64,000 nucleotides of DNA from sequence record NC_019401.1; one strand, written 5' to 3'. Positions 33,308 through 43,955 of the stretch are shown piece after piece. The position numbers and the translations under genes are program-made. The first letter of the stretch is position 1. Each line of letters begins with the position of its first letter. Under the pieces are notes generated by a model. The model did not search any database, was not told the DNA's origin, and was given only the letters and a program-made list of their open reading frames with translations.

Positions 33308-33610
33308 ATGAAATTAATTGGTATTATTTTTCTGGCATTCGTGGGATATATTGTGTTTATCGCATATGCAGAAGGAAGTACTTTACCAACTAATAAATTT
33401 GCATATTGTTCAGGTTATGCAGGTAAGATGCATGAAATATATCGGTTAAAACATTATCAAAAGATGCAAGATTTTTTTGAGAAACAAATCGGTAATAATA
33501 AAGATGAATTCACATCTGAGTACTATCAGTCTGGTGCGGAGTTTGTTAAAACTGGCGTAGCCATTAAACAAAACATCAACGATAAGTGCGAGGTTCTTTT
33601 TAAAGGCTAA
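33308..33610 (+). CDS. secreted or membrane-anchored hypothetical protein
   Basis: ATG 33308 with GAGG RBS; N-terminal hydrophobic segment. Confidence 0.65.
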   Translation: MKLIGIIFLAFVGYIVFIAYAEGSTLPTNKFAYCSGYAGKMHEIYRLKHYQKMQDFFEKQIGNNKDEFTSEYYQSGAEFVKTGVAIKQNINDKCEVLFKG

Positions 33611-33613
33611 ACT

Positions 33614-34096
33614 ATGTTCTTATTTGTAGTGTTTTTTATCGCATTCCAACTATTTTTTGCAGTTGCCAGTGGTGGGGTTGCTCCACGACTGATGTATGCT
33701 TTGACAGTATCTAATGGGTTTTTAAACTTCTTACAGAACTATGCGTTATCATATCAAGTTTCGTATGATCAAATTCATAGTACTGAAAAGTTTCTTCCTG
33801 AAGTTAATTCAAAGCTGGAAAGACTTTTATCACTGGTATTAATTGGTAAAGCAAATGTTGGTATAAGTGTAGATTATCGTTTCAGTATTAATGGAAGGAT
33901 ACTCCGCATTGAAAAACCACATTTCTTTGATGGAAGTCGTAGCACCGTTCATTTTCATATGGATACTGGTACTATAGACGGAACAAAAAAATATGCATTG
34001 TCACCGACTGTCTTTATACTTGCAGAAAAAGTGTACAAAATGCAGACAATGAAAGAAAGTCAAAAAGAACTTGAACAGAAAAGAAATATAATTTAA
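33614..34096 (+). CDS. membrane-anchored hypothetical protein
   Basis: ORF track. Confidence 0.65.
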   Translation: MFLFVVFFIAFQLFFAVASGGVAPRLMYALTVSNGFLNFLQNYALSYQVSYDQIHSTEKFLPEVNSKLERLLSLVLIGKANVGISVDYRFSINGRILRIEKPHFFDGSRSTVHFHMDTGTIDGTKKYALSPTVFILAEKVYKMQTMKESQKELEQKRNII

Positions 34097-34141
34097 TTGA
34101 CTTCTTTTTATTTTCAAGTAAAATGCTTTTAAAATATAAAC

Positions 34142-34684
34142 ATGCGAGAGGTTTACATGTCATCAGTACTAGCAACTAAAATCACCAAATCAATGATTAA
34201 CCGTGCAGGTTATATTCCAATTGAAAGTACTATGGAAGACGGTGGTTTTCTGGGGATCATGGATGATGACTTTATGTATTATACTTTTAAAGATTGTCTG
34301 AAAGTTAATACAACAGATTTCCATAAGTGGATCTGTTATTGGGATAATTACCCCTTCGCAATTATCTGTGATGTAAAAGCAGACAAACTTGCAAATGGTT
34401 ATACTAAAGTTGCAGTTCTAAGTAAAACTGTAGTACCTGTGTCTGAAGTAGGTGAATATCCGTCTAAACGTAATCACTTCTTCGGTTATCTGGTAAACGG
34501 AAAACTACGAACTTCCCAGGGTTTACAGCAGTTTGTAACTGACAGTATGGGTAATGTCGATGTGGCAGTATCACGTCCGGTCGCTCGCAGTACAGATAAA
34601 AAAGAAAAGACTGTACTTTCAAATGAGCAGATCAAAAACCTTAAAGAAGAAATGCAACGTAATTGGGGCGTTACTTTAAAATAA
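34142..34684 (+). CDS. hypothetical protein
   Basis: Own TTGACT-N17-TAAAAT promoter; GAGG RBS. Confidence 0.75.
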   Translation: MREVYMSSVLATKITKSMINRAGYIPIESTMEDGGFLGIMDDDFMYYTFKDCLKVNTTDFHKWICYWDNYPFAIICDVKADKLANGYTKVAVLSKTVVPVSEVGEYPSKRNHFFGYLVNGKLRTSQGLQQFVTDSMGNVDVAVSRPVARSTDKKEKTVLSNEQIKNLKEEMQRNWGVTLK

Positions 34685-34731
34685 AAACAAGGGGAGTTAT
34701 TATATTCCCCTAATACTTTAAAGAGATAATT

Positions 34732-35190
34732 ATGAAACGTTCTACCTTTGCTGGAATTACATTTGTACTGGTATTGATTGAGATTGTATATGCAATTGCT
34801 CAATTAAATGAAATGCATCATTGGTTCAATGGTGTATTACAACAGAAGTACTATGTATTATGCTTAATACTTTATATTGCTTTTGTAGTTTCTAGTTTTT
34901 GTTATTTTATGTTCAGTGTTCCAGAACTACAATACAAAAGATCTATACATATTCACTTCGGTGAAATATACGGAGAAAAACATTTCAACTTGTTATATTC
35001 GTATCATTTTCTAGCATTCGCCGCCGTCTGTTTTTATGTTGATTCATGGCATTATTTCTTTATGTCAGTTGGTGCTTGGGTATTATGGAATTGGGTTCGT
35101 ACTAAGCAAAATTCTTTTGCTGATGAGTATCAGTTAGAACGTAAAAAAGAAGAAGCAAAGAAAAAAACTACAGTAGTACTTGATGACTGA
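34732..35190 (+). CDS. multi-pass membrane protein
   Basis: Three to four hydrophobic segments. Confidence 0.7.
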   Translation: MKRSTFAGITFVLVLIEIVYAIAQLNEMHHWFNGVLQQKYYVLCLILYIAFVVSSFCYFMFSVPELQYKRSIHIHFGEIYGEKHFNLLYSYHFLAFAAVCFYVDSWHYFFMSVGAWVLWNWVRTKQNSFADEYQLERKKEEAKKKTTVVLDD

Positions 35191-35211
35191 TGAACTTTAA
35201 GAAAATATCAG

Positions 35212-35514
35212 TTGACACGCCTCGTGTTAACTGATATACTTACATTAATTCGGGATGGAGTAATAAAAATGAACCAGCAAGAAATTGTACAAAACATCAA
35301 AGATAAAGAAGTATTAGTAGAAGAACATCGTATTCGTATTAACGATCTATACGAACAAATCACTTCTGGATTGCAACATTCAGGCGGTGTACGTACTTCC
35401 GAAGTAGATGAAAAGTACAAAAAGATCGATGCTGCATTTGGTGCTAAAGCAAAACTCGAAGGTGAAGTTCGCAACCTCAAAAAAGAATTGCTGGGGATGT
35501 TACTTGATGAATAA
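35212..35514 (+). CDS. coiled-coil hypothetical protein
   Basis: Likely start ATG about 35269 (GGAG RBS). Confidence 0.65.
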   Translation: MTRLVLTDILTLIRDGVIKMNQQEIVQNIKDKEVLVEEHRIRINDLYEQITSGLQHSGGVRTSEVDEKYKKIDAAFGAKAKLEGEVRNLKKELLGMLLDE

Positions 35515-36235
35515 TGGCAACATTGAAACAGTACTGTATAACCTTAGTGCTGTAAAATATAGTTTCGCATTGGTGTGTGAAACTTCTTTAGAACAACTGA
35601 ACCATTATTTTTGTACAATAGGTAATGGAATTGATTATGACAGTGTTCACGGTTTACTGGATACTGATTATTCAAGGAACCATTTTTTCATTACCAAAGA
35701 ACACAACTTCGATTTTACGCCTATCCAGGATAAGTATAAAAAATCATGCGATGTACTACAAAAACAATATGACAGCATGAAAGAAATTTTTGGTGAAAAT
35801 GTTCCTGACCAAATTAAATCTTTATATGTGGATGAGATTGAAAAACTGAAAAAACCGTTCGAAGTTATGGACGAATCATATTTTTTCAGTTATAATGATA
35901 TTGCACACGAGATGATTGAAGCAGTACGTAAAAGTACTCGGTCAGATCGACACAACCGATTGCAGATCCGTACACCTTCAATGATTGATGAGCAGTACTC
36001 AATCATTTATAAAGTGAAAAGTTCTGACAATCCGGTGATGGTAAAGTTAGCTCTTGCCATGTGTAAAGCCTGGATTGTAGTACTGGAATATTATGTGCAA
36101 GCTGAATGGTACTTTACTGAAGAAGAAGTTCAAAAGTATCAAGGTGCATCGCACTGTTATTCACTAAATTACATCAATACATGTATTGATACATTTAAAA
36201 GCATCATTGAAGCTCTGGAGATTCATCATGATTAA
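35408..36235 (+). CDS. hypothetical protein
   Basis: Likely start about 35507. Confidence 0.7.
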   Translation: MKSTKRSMLHLVLKQNSKVKFATSKKNCWGCYLMNNGNIETVLYNLSAVKYSFALVCETSLEQLNHYFCTIGNGIDYDSVHGLLDTDYSRNHFFITKEHNFDFTPIQDKYKKSCDVLQKQYDSMKEIFGENVPDQIKSLYVDEIEKLKKPFEVMDESYFFSYNDIAHEMIEAVRKSTRSDRHNRLQIRTPSMIDEQYSIIYKVKSSDNPVMVKLALAMCKAWIVVLEYYVQAEWYFTEEEVQKYQGASHCYSLNYINTCIDTFKSIIEALEIHHD

Positions 36236-36279
36236 GCCAATTATTCTTCTGATCGTAGTACTCGGTATTGGTGCAGTAG

Positions 36280-36795
36280 GTGGTTATTTCGTTGGTACAA
36301 AACACCCGTCCGTTGGTGATTGTGTCAATTCGGTTATCGGGAGCTAAAATGAAAGTTACCATCAGTCGCAGTTCATGGCATTACCGTATGACCGAAGGTG
36401 TATGGGGAGTGTTCAATAAAGATCCTGGTAATTCCCTGTGCACCTATTTCTGGCAAGCAGTACTTTCACCAGTAATTGCATTAGGATTGACCATTTTTGC
36501 GTTAATATTTATTGTTAGCCTTATCTCTTTTCTTTTCTATGCGATAGGTGATTTTATCAGTCACGGATTATGGTATTTAAACATACTTCCTGATACGTTT
36601 AATACTGAGAAGGTTTTCAACTGGCGGTTTATCATTGTATCAGTTTTGTTTGATGCAGCAGTGATGGCGTTGATAGCATTCAATGAACTGGTATTGAAAA
36701 GTAAAAGTACTAAAACTAAAAGCACAAACGTGGTCGTGGCATTCGTCAAAGCAAAGAAAAATAAAATTTGTCCAATCATTGAGTATAAAGATTAA
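36280..36795 (+). CDS. membrane protein
   Basis: Two TM segments; likely start about 36349. Confidence 0.65.
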   Translation: MVISLVQNTRPLVIVSIRLSGAKMKVTISRSSWHYRMTEGVWGVFNKDPGNSLCTYFWQAVLSPVIALGLTIFALIFIVSLISFLFYAIGDFISHGLWYLNILPDTFNTEKVFNWRFIIVSVLFDAAVMALIAFNELVLKSKSTKTKSTNVVVAFVKAKKNKICPIIEYKD

Positions 36796-36809
36796 GAAAG
36801 GGTGTTATT

Positions 36810-37346
36810 ATGTTTGATGTAGATGACTGGATAATTCTTGTGAACGAATCCGCATTTGTTGAAATGCATAATCAAAATGGTGATATTGCTCGCCGGATTC
36901 GCAATAAAAAACTAAGGATTGTGGAATCAACATCTGATGGTTCTGTTCGTAAACTGGTTGATAAGAACGGCGATTATTATGAAGTGGGTTTGTACGCACG
37001 TGAACTAAGTCGCTGTTTTGAAAAAACAGACCATCCTGATAGTACACCAAAATTTGGTGCTTTTAAAATCATCATCACTTATGTTGAAAATGGTGAAACG
37101 ATTGAAGAAGAAGGTGTAACTAATATTCATATTACGGATAGTACTGTAGAATACAAATACAATCGTAAGAAGCTTGGCTTCCTGAAGTATAGTGGTGAAG
37201 TTAAATTGGAGATTGCTGATCTGAAACAAATCACTATCAGTACTCCACAAAATGAGCGTGTGTACCATATTCAAAATGGCGTCATTGTACGTGAACATAT
37301 CATGTATGATGAAGAACGTAAGTTTACAAACTTTAAAATCGGATAA
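36810..37346 (+). CDS. hypothetical protein
   Basis: 178 aa ORF. Confidence 0.75.
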   Translation: MFDVDDWIILVNESAFVEMHNQNGDIARRIRNKKLRIVESTSDGSVRKLVDKNGDYYEVGLYARELSRCFEKTDHPDSTPKFGAFKIIITYVENGETIEEEGVTNIHITDSTVEYKYNRKKLGFLKYSGEVKLEIADLKQITISTPQNERVYHIQNGVIVREHIMYDEERKFTNFKIG

Positions 37347-37351
37347 TAAAA

Positions 37352-37657
37352 ATGAATTCTCTTTCTAATAAAACACCATTACAACAATACTTTGTTGTAC
37401 AAATGGGTTCTGAATATATGGCTATCGATCAACAAAGCGGTGGTTATCCGTATAGTACTTCATTAGACCGTGCTCAACGCTATTCGACGTTAGAAAAAGC
37501 AATTGAAGCTCGCGGCATCAGTAATGACAGTACTGGTATTATTCATTGTAAAGTTTATGGTGAAGCCGTTATGCCTGAAGAAATTAAAAATCAGCTTCGC
37601 CGTTCTGCTATGGCTAAACTGAGCCGTGAGGAATTACGTGCATTAGGGTTAATCTAA
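37352..37657 (+). CDS. hypothetical protein
   Basis: ORF track. Confidence 0.7.
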   Translation: MNSLSNKTPLQQYFVVQMGSEYMAIDQQSGGYPYSTSLDRAQRYSTLEKAIEARGISNDSTGIIHCKVYGEAVMPEEIKNQLRRSAMAKLSREELRALGLI

Positions 37658-38040
37658 TGTTGGGTTCATTGGGATTGTTCTGGAGTGATGAAGATGGTAC
37701 TATGATCCTAGCACCATGCGATGAATCACCCCAGGAGCAACAGGTGGCATATTTTTATATCCAAGTTGAAACAGATTCTGAATATAAACATATCCGAATG
37801 GATAAGTGGGATACACCAGTACGAACTAATGATCATTTCAAATGTACACGGTTCAATACATATGAAGAAGCATTAGAAGTAGTTAATAAGTTCAATCTTG
37901 TCAGTACTGGTCACGTACATAAAATCCGTCTCGCTCGCGTCACTGGTACGCATATGTGGGATGATATTGTGTACGCTCATTGCTCCTTGAAAAATCTAGG
38001 GAATGGCAAATTTGGCCTTGCAGTCAGCGAACGCATGTGA
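37657..38040 (+). CDS. hypothetical protein
   Basis: TAATG overlap. Confidence 0.65.
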   Translation: MLGSLGLFWSDEDGTMILAPCDESPQEQQVAYFYIQVETDSEYKHIRMDKWDTPVRTNDHFKCTRFNTYEEALEVVNKFNLVSTGHVHKIRLARVTGTHMWDDIVYAHCSLKNLGNGKFGLAVSERM

Positions 38041-38116
38041 TACAGTGTTTGCATAGAGAGGGGATAATGGCTCCCCTCATATTAAGTGAGAAAGTTAAAA
38101 TAGTTTCAAAAAATTC

Positions 38117-38233
38117 TTGACAGTACTAAGTAGTGTGTTATACTGATAAGGTTCAAGCGGAAAGACAAGTTTAAAAAATCTTCTCGCTAAAAGTTAAAAA
38201 GTACTTGACAGCCACTTCGCTAGATAGTAAAAT
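38117..38233 (+). promoter_or_regulatory. tandem sigma70-type promoters
   Basis: TTGACA(38117)-N16-TATACT and TTGACA(38205)-N17-TAAAAT. Confidence 0.8.
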
Positions 38234-38239
38234 GTAATC

Positions 38240-39280
38240 TCTTGATAAGGAACGTAATGTTCCGAACTGCTGATAAAGAATACAGTGTGTTTAACAGATT
38301 ATGAGGATTGAACGCAAATGTAACAGATTAATTTAAATTTTATAATTATTGATCTTAAACTAAATGAATTTGCGGCTCTGAATGAGCAAAAAGTACAGTA
38401 CTACAGCGTGTAGACTGTTGTGTAGAACCTAGCGGGAGCTGCGTTGCCCCGCGAACCGGAACTATAGGAGAACGCCATCATGAAGTAATTAATTGATTCA
38501 AACCTTTTACTTATAAAATGATGCGAGTTCTTTACTACCGAGGTGCGTTAAGCAAATACGTATGACTCTGAAAGTAGTAAGAACTGACAAATTGCAAATG
38601 AACGTTGGACACTATGAGATCCAAGGTGGAGATGAAGTTGGGCGATGCCCGATATAGAATCTGTGAAACCTGTTCATGTCTGACTTGACCCTGGAATAGT
38701 AAGGGCTTAGGAGTTCCGAGAAGTGGAGAATATTTCCGGTATAATTGGGGTGACTGATTATGGCGTCGATACCACAACTCGGATATACAATACCCCACCA
38801 GATCGGGAACGGGGAATTGCGAAATCTGTAGTAACATTGCGGGAAGTGTACGCTTGGTCGGAATCGCATTATGGGCTTAGTGCCAATTGATGGTTCCGAA
38901 GGGGTTTACCAATCGCATTATGGAGTAGAAACACGACTAACTGAGCACGGTTAGATGAAGCTGAAGTAAAAGCTTTCCCTTCAATTGGGTACGGTCGATT
39001 TTTTTATCAAGCCGTGAGTGTTTCAAACATGCATTATCTGTATAGCGTAGATACAGAACTCTTTCGAGAGAAGCTTGATTAGCGGTGCATGTGGAACTTT
39101 CCGAACAAAGTTCAGATCGAATTGCAGTACTACGAAGTTGTGTGTTATAATCAGTTCGGTGATGACTAACACACAGCGAATCATTATTAACCTTTAGTTA
39201 AGGTAGGTATCCTCCGGGATGTGCAAAGACACAGGATGCCGTAACATGGGTAAGAGTCATGTTATCTCCCGGATCTTTTA
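38240..39280 (+). ncRNA. candidate large (about 1 kb) structured non-coding RNA
   Basis: No credible ORF; raised GC; many long helices; tandem promoters at the 5' end; hairpin plus T tract at the 3' end. Confidence 0.75.
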
Positions 39281-39310
39281 ATTGAGCCTAATTGTTAAGT
39301 GAGAATTATA

Positions 39311-39541
39311 ATGAACGATTCAATCAAGAAACAACTTTTCAGTACTATCAAAGGTGTAGTTGCAGAAAAAAACATGTCTCAACGTGACTTGGCTAAAACA
39401 TTGCAAGTCTCTCAGCCTCGTGTGTCTAACCTGATGGATGAACGTAAAGATCTGTTCAGCATCGATAAACTGCTTGAATTCGTTGATACTCTAGGGTATG
39501 ATGTTCAAATCAAAGCAGAGAAAAAGGAAGAAGCACTATGA
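39311..39541 (+). CDS. XRE/HigA-like helix-turn-helix regulator
   Basis: MSQRDLAKTLQVSQPRVSNLM...FSIDKLLEFVDTLGYDVQI. Confidence 0.85.
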   Translation: MNDSIKKQLFSTIKGVVAEKNMSQRDLAKTLQVSQPRVSNLMDERKDLFSIDKLLEFVDTLGYDVQIKAEKKEEAL

Positions 39542-39781
39542 AAGAGTATATCGTAGAGTACTTCATGAAAGGTGGTTCGAACCCCTTAGCGACTCGCCAG
39601 TTCGCTCACAATGAAGCGATGGCACGTAAAAACGCACAACTCGAAAAAGGTCAGGATATTGTTATCCGCAGCGTTCGACCAGCATAATTTTAAGTTAGTT
39701 GAAAATTGAAAAAAGCCAGCCTAAGCTCTGGCTTTTTTTATTGGTAAATTTTGGTTGTTGTTAATTTGTACGGAGATAAAT

Positions 39782-40777
39782 GTGAGTCCAAAGAAATTAA
39801 ACTTAGATGCAATTCAGGACGAAATTCTTGATGAATGTTTTGAAGCAGAAGAAAAAACAATTGAATCACTTGATGTTGATGATTCAGAATTAGAAGAAGA
39901 TTCTGCTAGTACTGATGATGTACATCACGGTTTAACAATGGATAAAATAAAAACTACTATCAAATCTGATCAGTACATTAGCAACGAAGAATTAGTTCGT
40001 AAAGTACAATCTGGTATTGACGTAGAAGAATCCAAAAAACTACTAGTAATGTACAACAGCGGATTAGTTTACAACGAAGCAAAAAACTGTACTTGTAATA
40101 TCCCATTCCAGGATAAAGTACAATATGGTTTCGAAGGTCTAATGAAAGCTATCTACGGATTTAACACTTCATTCCGTACATTGTTTAGTACTTACGCTAC
40201 TACAACAATTCGTCAGCATATGTACCGAAATGGTAATAATGACGTTCGTATGGTTGCCCTACCTGAACATCTGTCTGTTAACAATATTCGTATACAATCT
40301 TTTATTGAACGTTATATGAATGATAATACTGGTTATCCAAGTAATGAACAAATTGCAGAAGCTACTGGTATTGATATTCGTTCAGTAAAACGTATCATGA
40401 ACTACAACAGTAATACTTTTAGTATCGATACACCAATGAACAAAGGTGACGAAGGTTCTGAACAAACACTAAAAGATATTATCGCTGGTGAAAGTGCTGA
40501 TTATGTGGTTGATGAACGTTGTGTTGCAAAAGACTTTGTAAGTACAATGGAAGAAATCATGAATGAACTTGAAGAACATGAACGTGTTCTACTTGGGTTA
40601 GTTCACGGTTTAGATGGTTATCGTATTCATACGTTTGATGAAATTATTAACACTGGATACATTGATGGTAAAGGAAAGTTCGTAACTTCTAAAGCTACAC
40701 TATCTCGTCGTTACAATGATATGATGGATAAAGTACGTCGTATTGTTGAACGTAAACAAATCAACTTTGATCTTTAA
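39782..40777 (+). CDS. sigma70-like RNA polymerase sigma factor
   Basis: Region 2 (DKVQYGFEGLMKAIYGF...FSTYATTTIRQ) and region 3 (PSNEQIAEATG, SIDTP); GTG start with GGAG RBS. Confidence 0.85.
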   Translation: MSPKKLNLDAIQDEILDECFEAEEKTIESLDVDDSELEEDSASTDDVHHGLTMDKIKTTIKSDQYISNEELVRKVQSGIDVEESKKLLVMYNSGLVYNEAKNCTCNIPFQDKVQYGFEGLMKAIYGFNTSFRTLFSTYATTTIRQHMYRNGNNDVRMVALPEHLSVNNIRIQSFIERYMNDNTGYPSNEQIAEATGIDIRSVKRIMNYNSNTFSIDTPMNKGDEGSEQTLKDIIAGESADYVVDERCVAKDFVSTMEEIMNELEEHERVLLGLVHGLDGYRIHTFDEIINTGYIDGKGKFVTSKATLSRRYNDMMDKVRRIVERKQINFDL

Positions 40778-40789
40778 AGGGTATACATA

Positions 40790-41299
40790 GTGCTTCCATC
40801 ACAAGAAGAATTAAAACGTATATTTGATTATGATGAAAGTACTGGTGCTTTAACGTGGAAGTACCGTGAAGATGCAGAACCTGAATGGAACACCCGTTAT
40901 GCAGGTAAGCCAGCATTAACAACGGTTCACGCCAAAGGTTATCTTTATGGTACACTTTTAAATAAATCGGTACGTGCACATCGTGTTATATGGAAATTGT
41001 TGTATGGCGTTGAACCAAACAAAATTGATCATATAAACGGAGTACGTGATGATAATAGAAAGGAAAATTTAAGAAGCGTTACTACCCAGGAAAATCAAAA
41101 AAATTTAAAGAAACGTTCCGATAACAAATCTGGTTATTCAGGAGTTCAATACAGAAAAGATATTGGAAAATATCGTGCTTATATCACCGTTGATAAAAAG
41201 CAAGTTAGCTTAGGTGTATTTGAAACAATTGAAGAAGCTATAAAAATTCGGAAAGAAGCAGAAATTAAATATAACTTTCATCCTAATCATGGTAGGTAA
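40790..41299 (+). mobile_element. HNH-AP2 homing endonuclease
   Basis: AHRVIW...DHINGVRDDNRKENLR...EN; C-terminal AP2 domain SGYSGVQY...YRAYI...LGVF. Confidence 0.9.
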
Positions 41300-41301
41300 T
41301 T

Positions 41302-42009
41302 ATGTCAGCAGATAAACGTTCAGTAACAACAGATGCATTACATTCACTTGGAATGATTCATTGGCAAGAAGAAAAACGTGATGCAATTCACTTGGGTGTA
41401 GAACCGGTTGTAGCAGGTGAGGATATTGCAGTTGGTGCAAATATTGGTATTGATAAGGATGGCTTTGCATATGCTACCGATTATCGTACAGATATTAAAC
41501 CAGTTGGTATTTCTGATCCGTTCCTCAAAGAACGAATCCAAAAAGGTGAGTCTTTCTGGTTAGTAGTATATCCACGACAGATTACTTCGTTACGCCATTG
41601 TTGGGAACATCCTGATTTTGATAATACAGAAGAACCGAAAGTACTTGACATTTCAGAAATTTCTAGTGATGATCTGATGGTGGAGATCCAACGCCGTTTA
41701 GCTACTAACAACGTTGTACAAACGGTTCAGGAACCGAGCCAGGATGCTACTGAAGCAGCCAAAAAAAGTAAGGCGTGGCAGTGGATTCATAATTACGCAG
41801 ACGGCTTAGGGCTTGATGTAGACGAGCTAATGGAGTACGCCGATATGTGGGTTTCATCTGAACGTCGCGGTGGATACGGTGAGTATCTATGTAAAGGCGG
41901 CGATCTCGAAGGTGAATATGTATCCGACGAGTTTTGGGATAATTATGATATTGTCCGTGATGAACGTACTGATAATGAACGTGGATCGTTCTTTACCTGT
42001 TCATGCTAA
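41302..42009 (+). CDS. conserved phage hypothetical protein
   Basis: 235 aa; RDAIHLGVEPV motif. Confidence 0.75.
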   Translation: MSADKRSVTTDALHSLGMIHWQEEKRDAIHLGVEPVVAGEDIAVGANIGIDKDGFAYATDYRTDIKPVGISDPFLKERIQKGESFWLVVYPRQITSLRHCWEHPDFDNTEEPKVLDISEISSDDLMVEIQRRLATNNVVQTVQEPSQDATEAAKKSKAWQWIHNYADGLGLDVDELMEYADMWVSSERRGGYGEYLCKGGDLEGEYVSDEFWDNYDIVRDERTDNERGSFFTCSC

Positions 42010-42017
42010 GGTGAAGA

Positions 42018-42209
42018 ATGAAAAAAGAACATAAAGGCATAGTTTCTGCTGGTAAGATTTTAAATCGTAATCTATTTGGTTTAAAAGGTAGTCGTCAAGG
42101 TTTTGGTAGTATTGGTTTAGAGAACTTCAAAACTGAAACTATCGTCGATACTACAAAGATGACATCAGAAGAAAAGAAAGAATACTTAAAAAATTTCAAT
42201 AAACAATAA
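42018..42209 (+). CDS. hypothetical protein
   Basis: ORF track. Confidence 0.6.
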   Translation: MKKEHKGIVSAGKILNRNLFGLKGSRQGFGSIGLENFKTETIVDTTKMTSEEKKEYLKNFNKQ

Positions 42210-42264
42210 ATTTAAGGGTTGACTTAGGTCAGCCCTTTATTTTAATTAAAATTTTATAATTGTC

Positions 42265-43239
42265 ATGGCTGCCAAGTTTACGCAAAAAGAAGTTGAAAAG
42301 AAAGTTAAAAATAAATGTAAAAAAATGAATTATAAAGTTGAAAAGTTTGTATATACAACTGCGAAGAAAACTAAACTATTACTTACATGCGAGCATGGAC
42401 ATACTTGGAATAGTACTTCTGTTGAAAACTTTTTAAGAACTTCTACTGGATGCCCCAAATGTAGTGGTACTAAGAAGTTGACTCAAGATGAAGCAGTAGA
42501 GAATGTTACCTCAAAATGTTTAGAACTTAACTATAAATTTGAGCCATTCATTTATATATGTGCTAAAAAAACTTTATTGACATTGACTTGTAATAATGGT
42601 CATACTTGGAATACTACCACATATCATAAATTACTCCAGGCTAACAAAAATTATGGCTGTTGCAAAAAATGTGGTTCTATGAAGGCTTCTGAAAAACAAA
42701 GATTCCCATCAGAAGAAGTTATAGAAAAAGTTCAATTACGGTGTGAAGAATTGAATTATAAATGCGAACCATTTGAATATATCAGCAGCGTTAAAACAAA
42801 ACTACATTTGACCTGCGATAAAGGGCATTCATGGAATACTACAATATGTAGAGACTTCTTAAATGGTTCATCATGTCCTATTTGTAAAGGACATTCACAA
42901 ACGATTGCATACATTAATCTAATAAATGATGGTGATATTTCTATAGGATTAAAATATGGAATTGAAAGCACAAAAGGTCGCCGTTCCAAACAGCAAAATT
43001 ATAGTACTGCTTTTGAAATAAAAAGAATTAAGAGTTTCAAATTTGGTTCAGTCGATTCTTGTAAAAATGCAGAAAGCGAATGTAAAAAGATTTTTCAAGA
43101 AGAAAATATAAGGTGTTGTAAAAAGAAAGGAATTCTATCAAAAAAAGAACTTCCTGATGGATATACAGAAACTACTTATATTAAAAATATAGACAAGATT
43201 ATAGAAATATATAAAAAACATGGTGGTGTTGAAATATGA
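42265..43239 (+). mobile_element. putative homing endonuclease with three Zn-ribbon repeats and a GIY-YIG-like C-terminus
   Basis: 3x C..GHxW...GC..C repeats; AYINLI...LKYGI...RR..Q. Confidence 0.65.
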
Positions 43240-43466
43240 AATATTTCCAATGGTTTCTTATTGCAGTGATGAGTATACTATGTGTACTTTTGATTTGTGC
43301 ATTGTTTCTTGAAGAACCTCAACCAAAGGTAACTGAGTATAAGCCACAAAGTACTAGCACTGTAAAACAAGAATATGAAGACGATTGTACATATACTATG
43401 TGTAATGCGTTTGGTGGTGGCATTGCTGGTGATACCTTAGCAATACAATTTATGAATGGTGATTAA
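43236..43466 (+). CDS. small membrane protein
   Basis: N-terminal TM. Confidence 0.6.
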   Translation: MKYFQWFLIAVMSILCVLLICALFLEEPQPKVTEYKPQSTSTVKQEYEDDCTYTMCNAFGGGIAGDTLAIQFMNGD

Positions 43467-43641
43467 TATGAAAGATAAAGAAGTTAAAAAAGGTTTAGTA
43501 GTTTCTATTAGTGTAGTAGTTAGTATTGACCCCATCAAAACGAAAGTCAAAACAGTACTATTTGAAGATGTTGAAGAAGGTCGTGAGTTCGCAAAGAATC
43601 ACACCACTATTAGTAAAGAGATTGTACAGTTCGTTAAATGA
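43456..43641 (+). CDS. hypothetical protein
   Basis: ORF track. Confidence 0.5.
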   Translation: MVINMKDKEVKKGLVVSISVVVSIDPIKTKVKTVLFEDVEEGREFAKNHTTISKEIVQFVK

Positions 43642-43645
43642 AAAA

Positions 43646-43679
43646 AAGGCTTGACTTCGGTCAGCCTTTTTAGTATCAT
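43646..43679 (+). promoter_or_regulatory. composite terminator/promoter
   Basis: AAGGCTTGAC-TTCG-GTCAGCCTTTTT; TTGACT-N17-TATCAT. Confidence 0.75.
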
Positions 43680-43696
43680 AGCACCATATTAATTAA

Positions 43697-43951
43697 ATGA
43701 AGGTAAATTATATGACCATGCAGGAAATTAAATGGAAAAGCTTTAACGGTACTGAATCAGCATGTGATTCACTGTATTCCAATCCTTCTTATGAAGATTC
43801 TTTCAAGTTTAAAACAATTAACGATGATATATTCACTGGAAATATAGCATGGGAACAAGGCCGTAATAACAATTATCGGTTCTACGCAGGAGAACATGGT
43901 TCATCCCAAATCTATTTCCCTGATCAAGTTACACACATCGAAGAAAAATAA
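43697..43951 (+). CDS. hypothetical protein
   Basis: ORF track. Confidence 0.6.
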   Translation: MKVNYMTMQEIKWKSFNGTESACDSLYSNPSYEDSFKFKTINDDIFTGNIAWEQGRNNNYRFYAGEHGSSQIYFPDQVTHIEEK

Positions 43952-43955
43952 AACC

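Noticed and set aside
38535-38869. Minus-strand ORFs 38535..38837 and 38612..38869
   Set aside because: No RBS, atypical composition, and they lie within the structured RNA.
38240-39280. Large RNA as a group I or group II intron (GTGCG at about 38543, GATATAG at about 38651)
   Set aside because: No interrupted gene, no domain V hairpin and no complete P7 pairing found; it has its own promoters and terminator.
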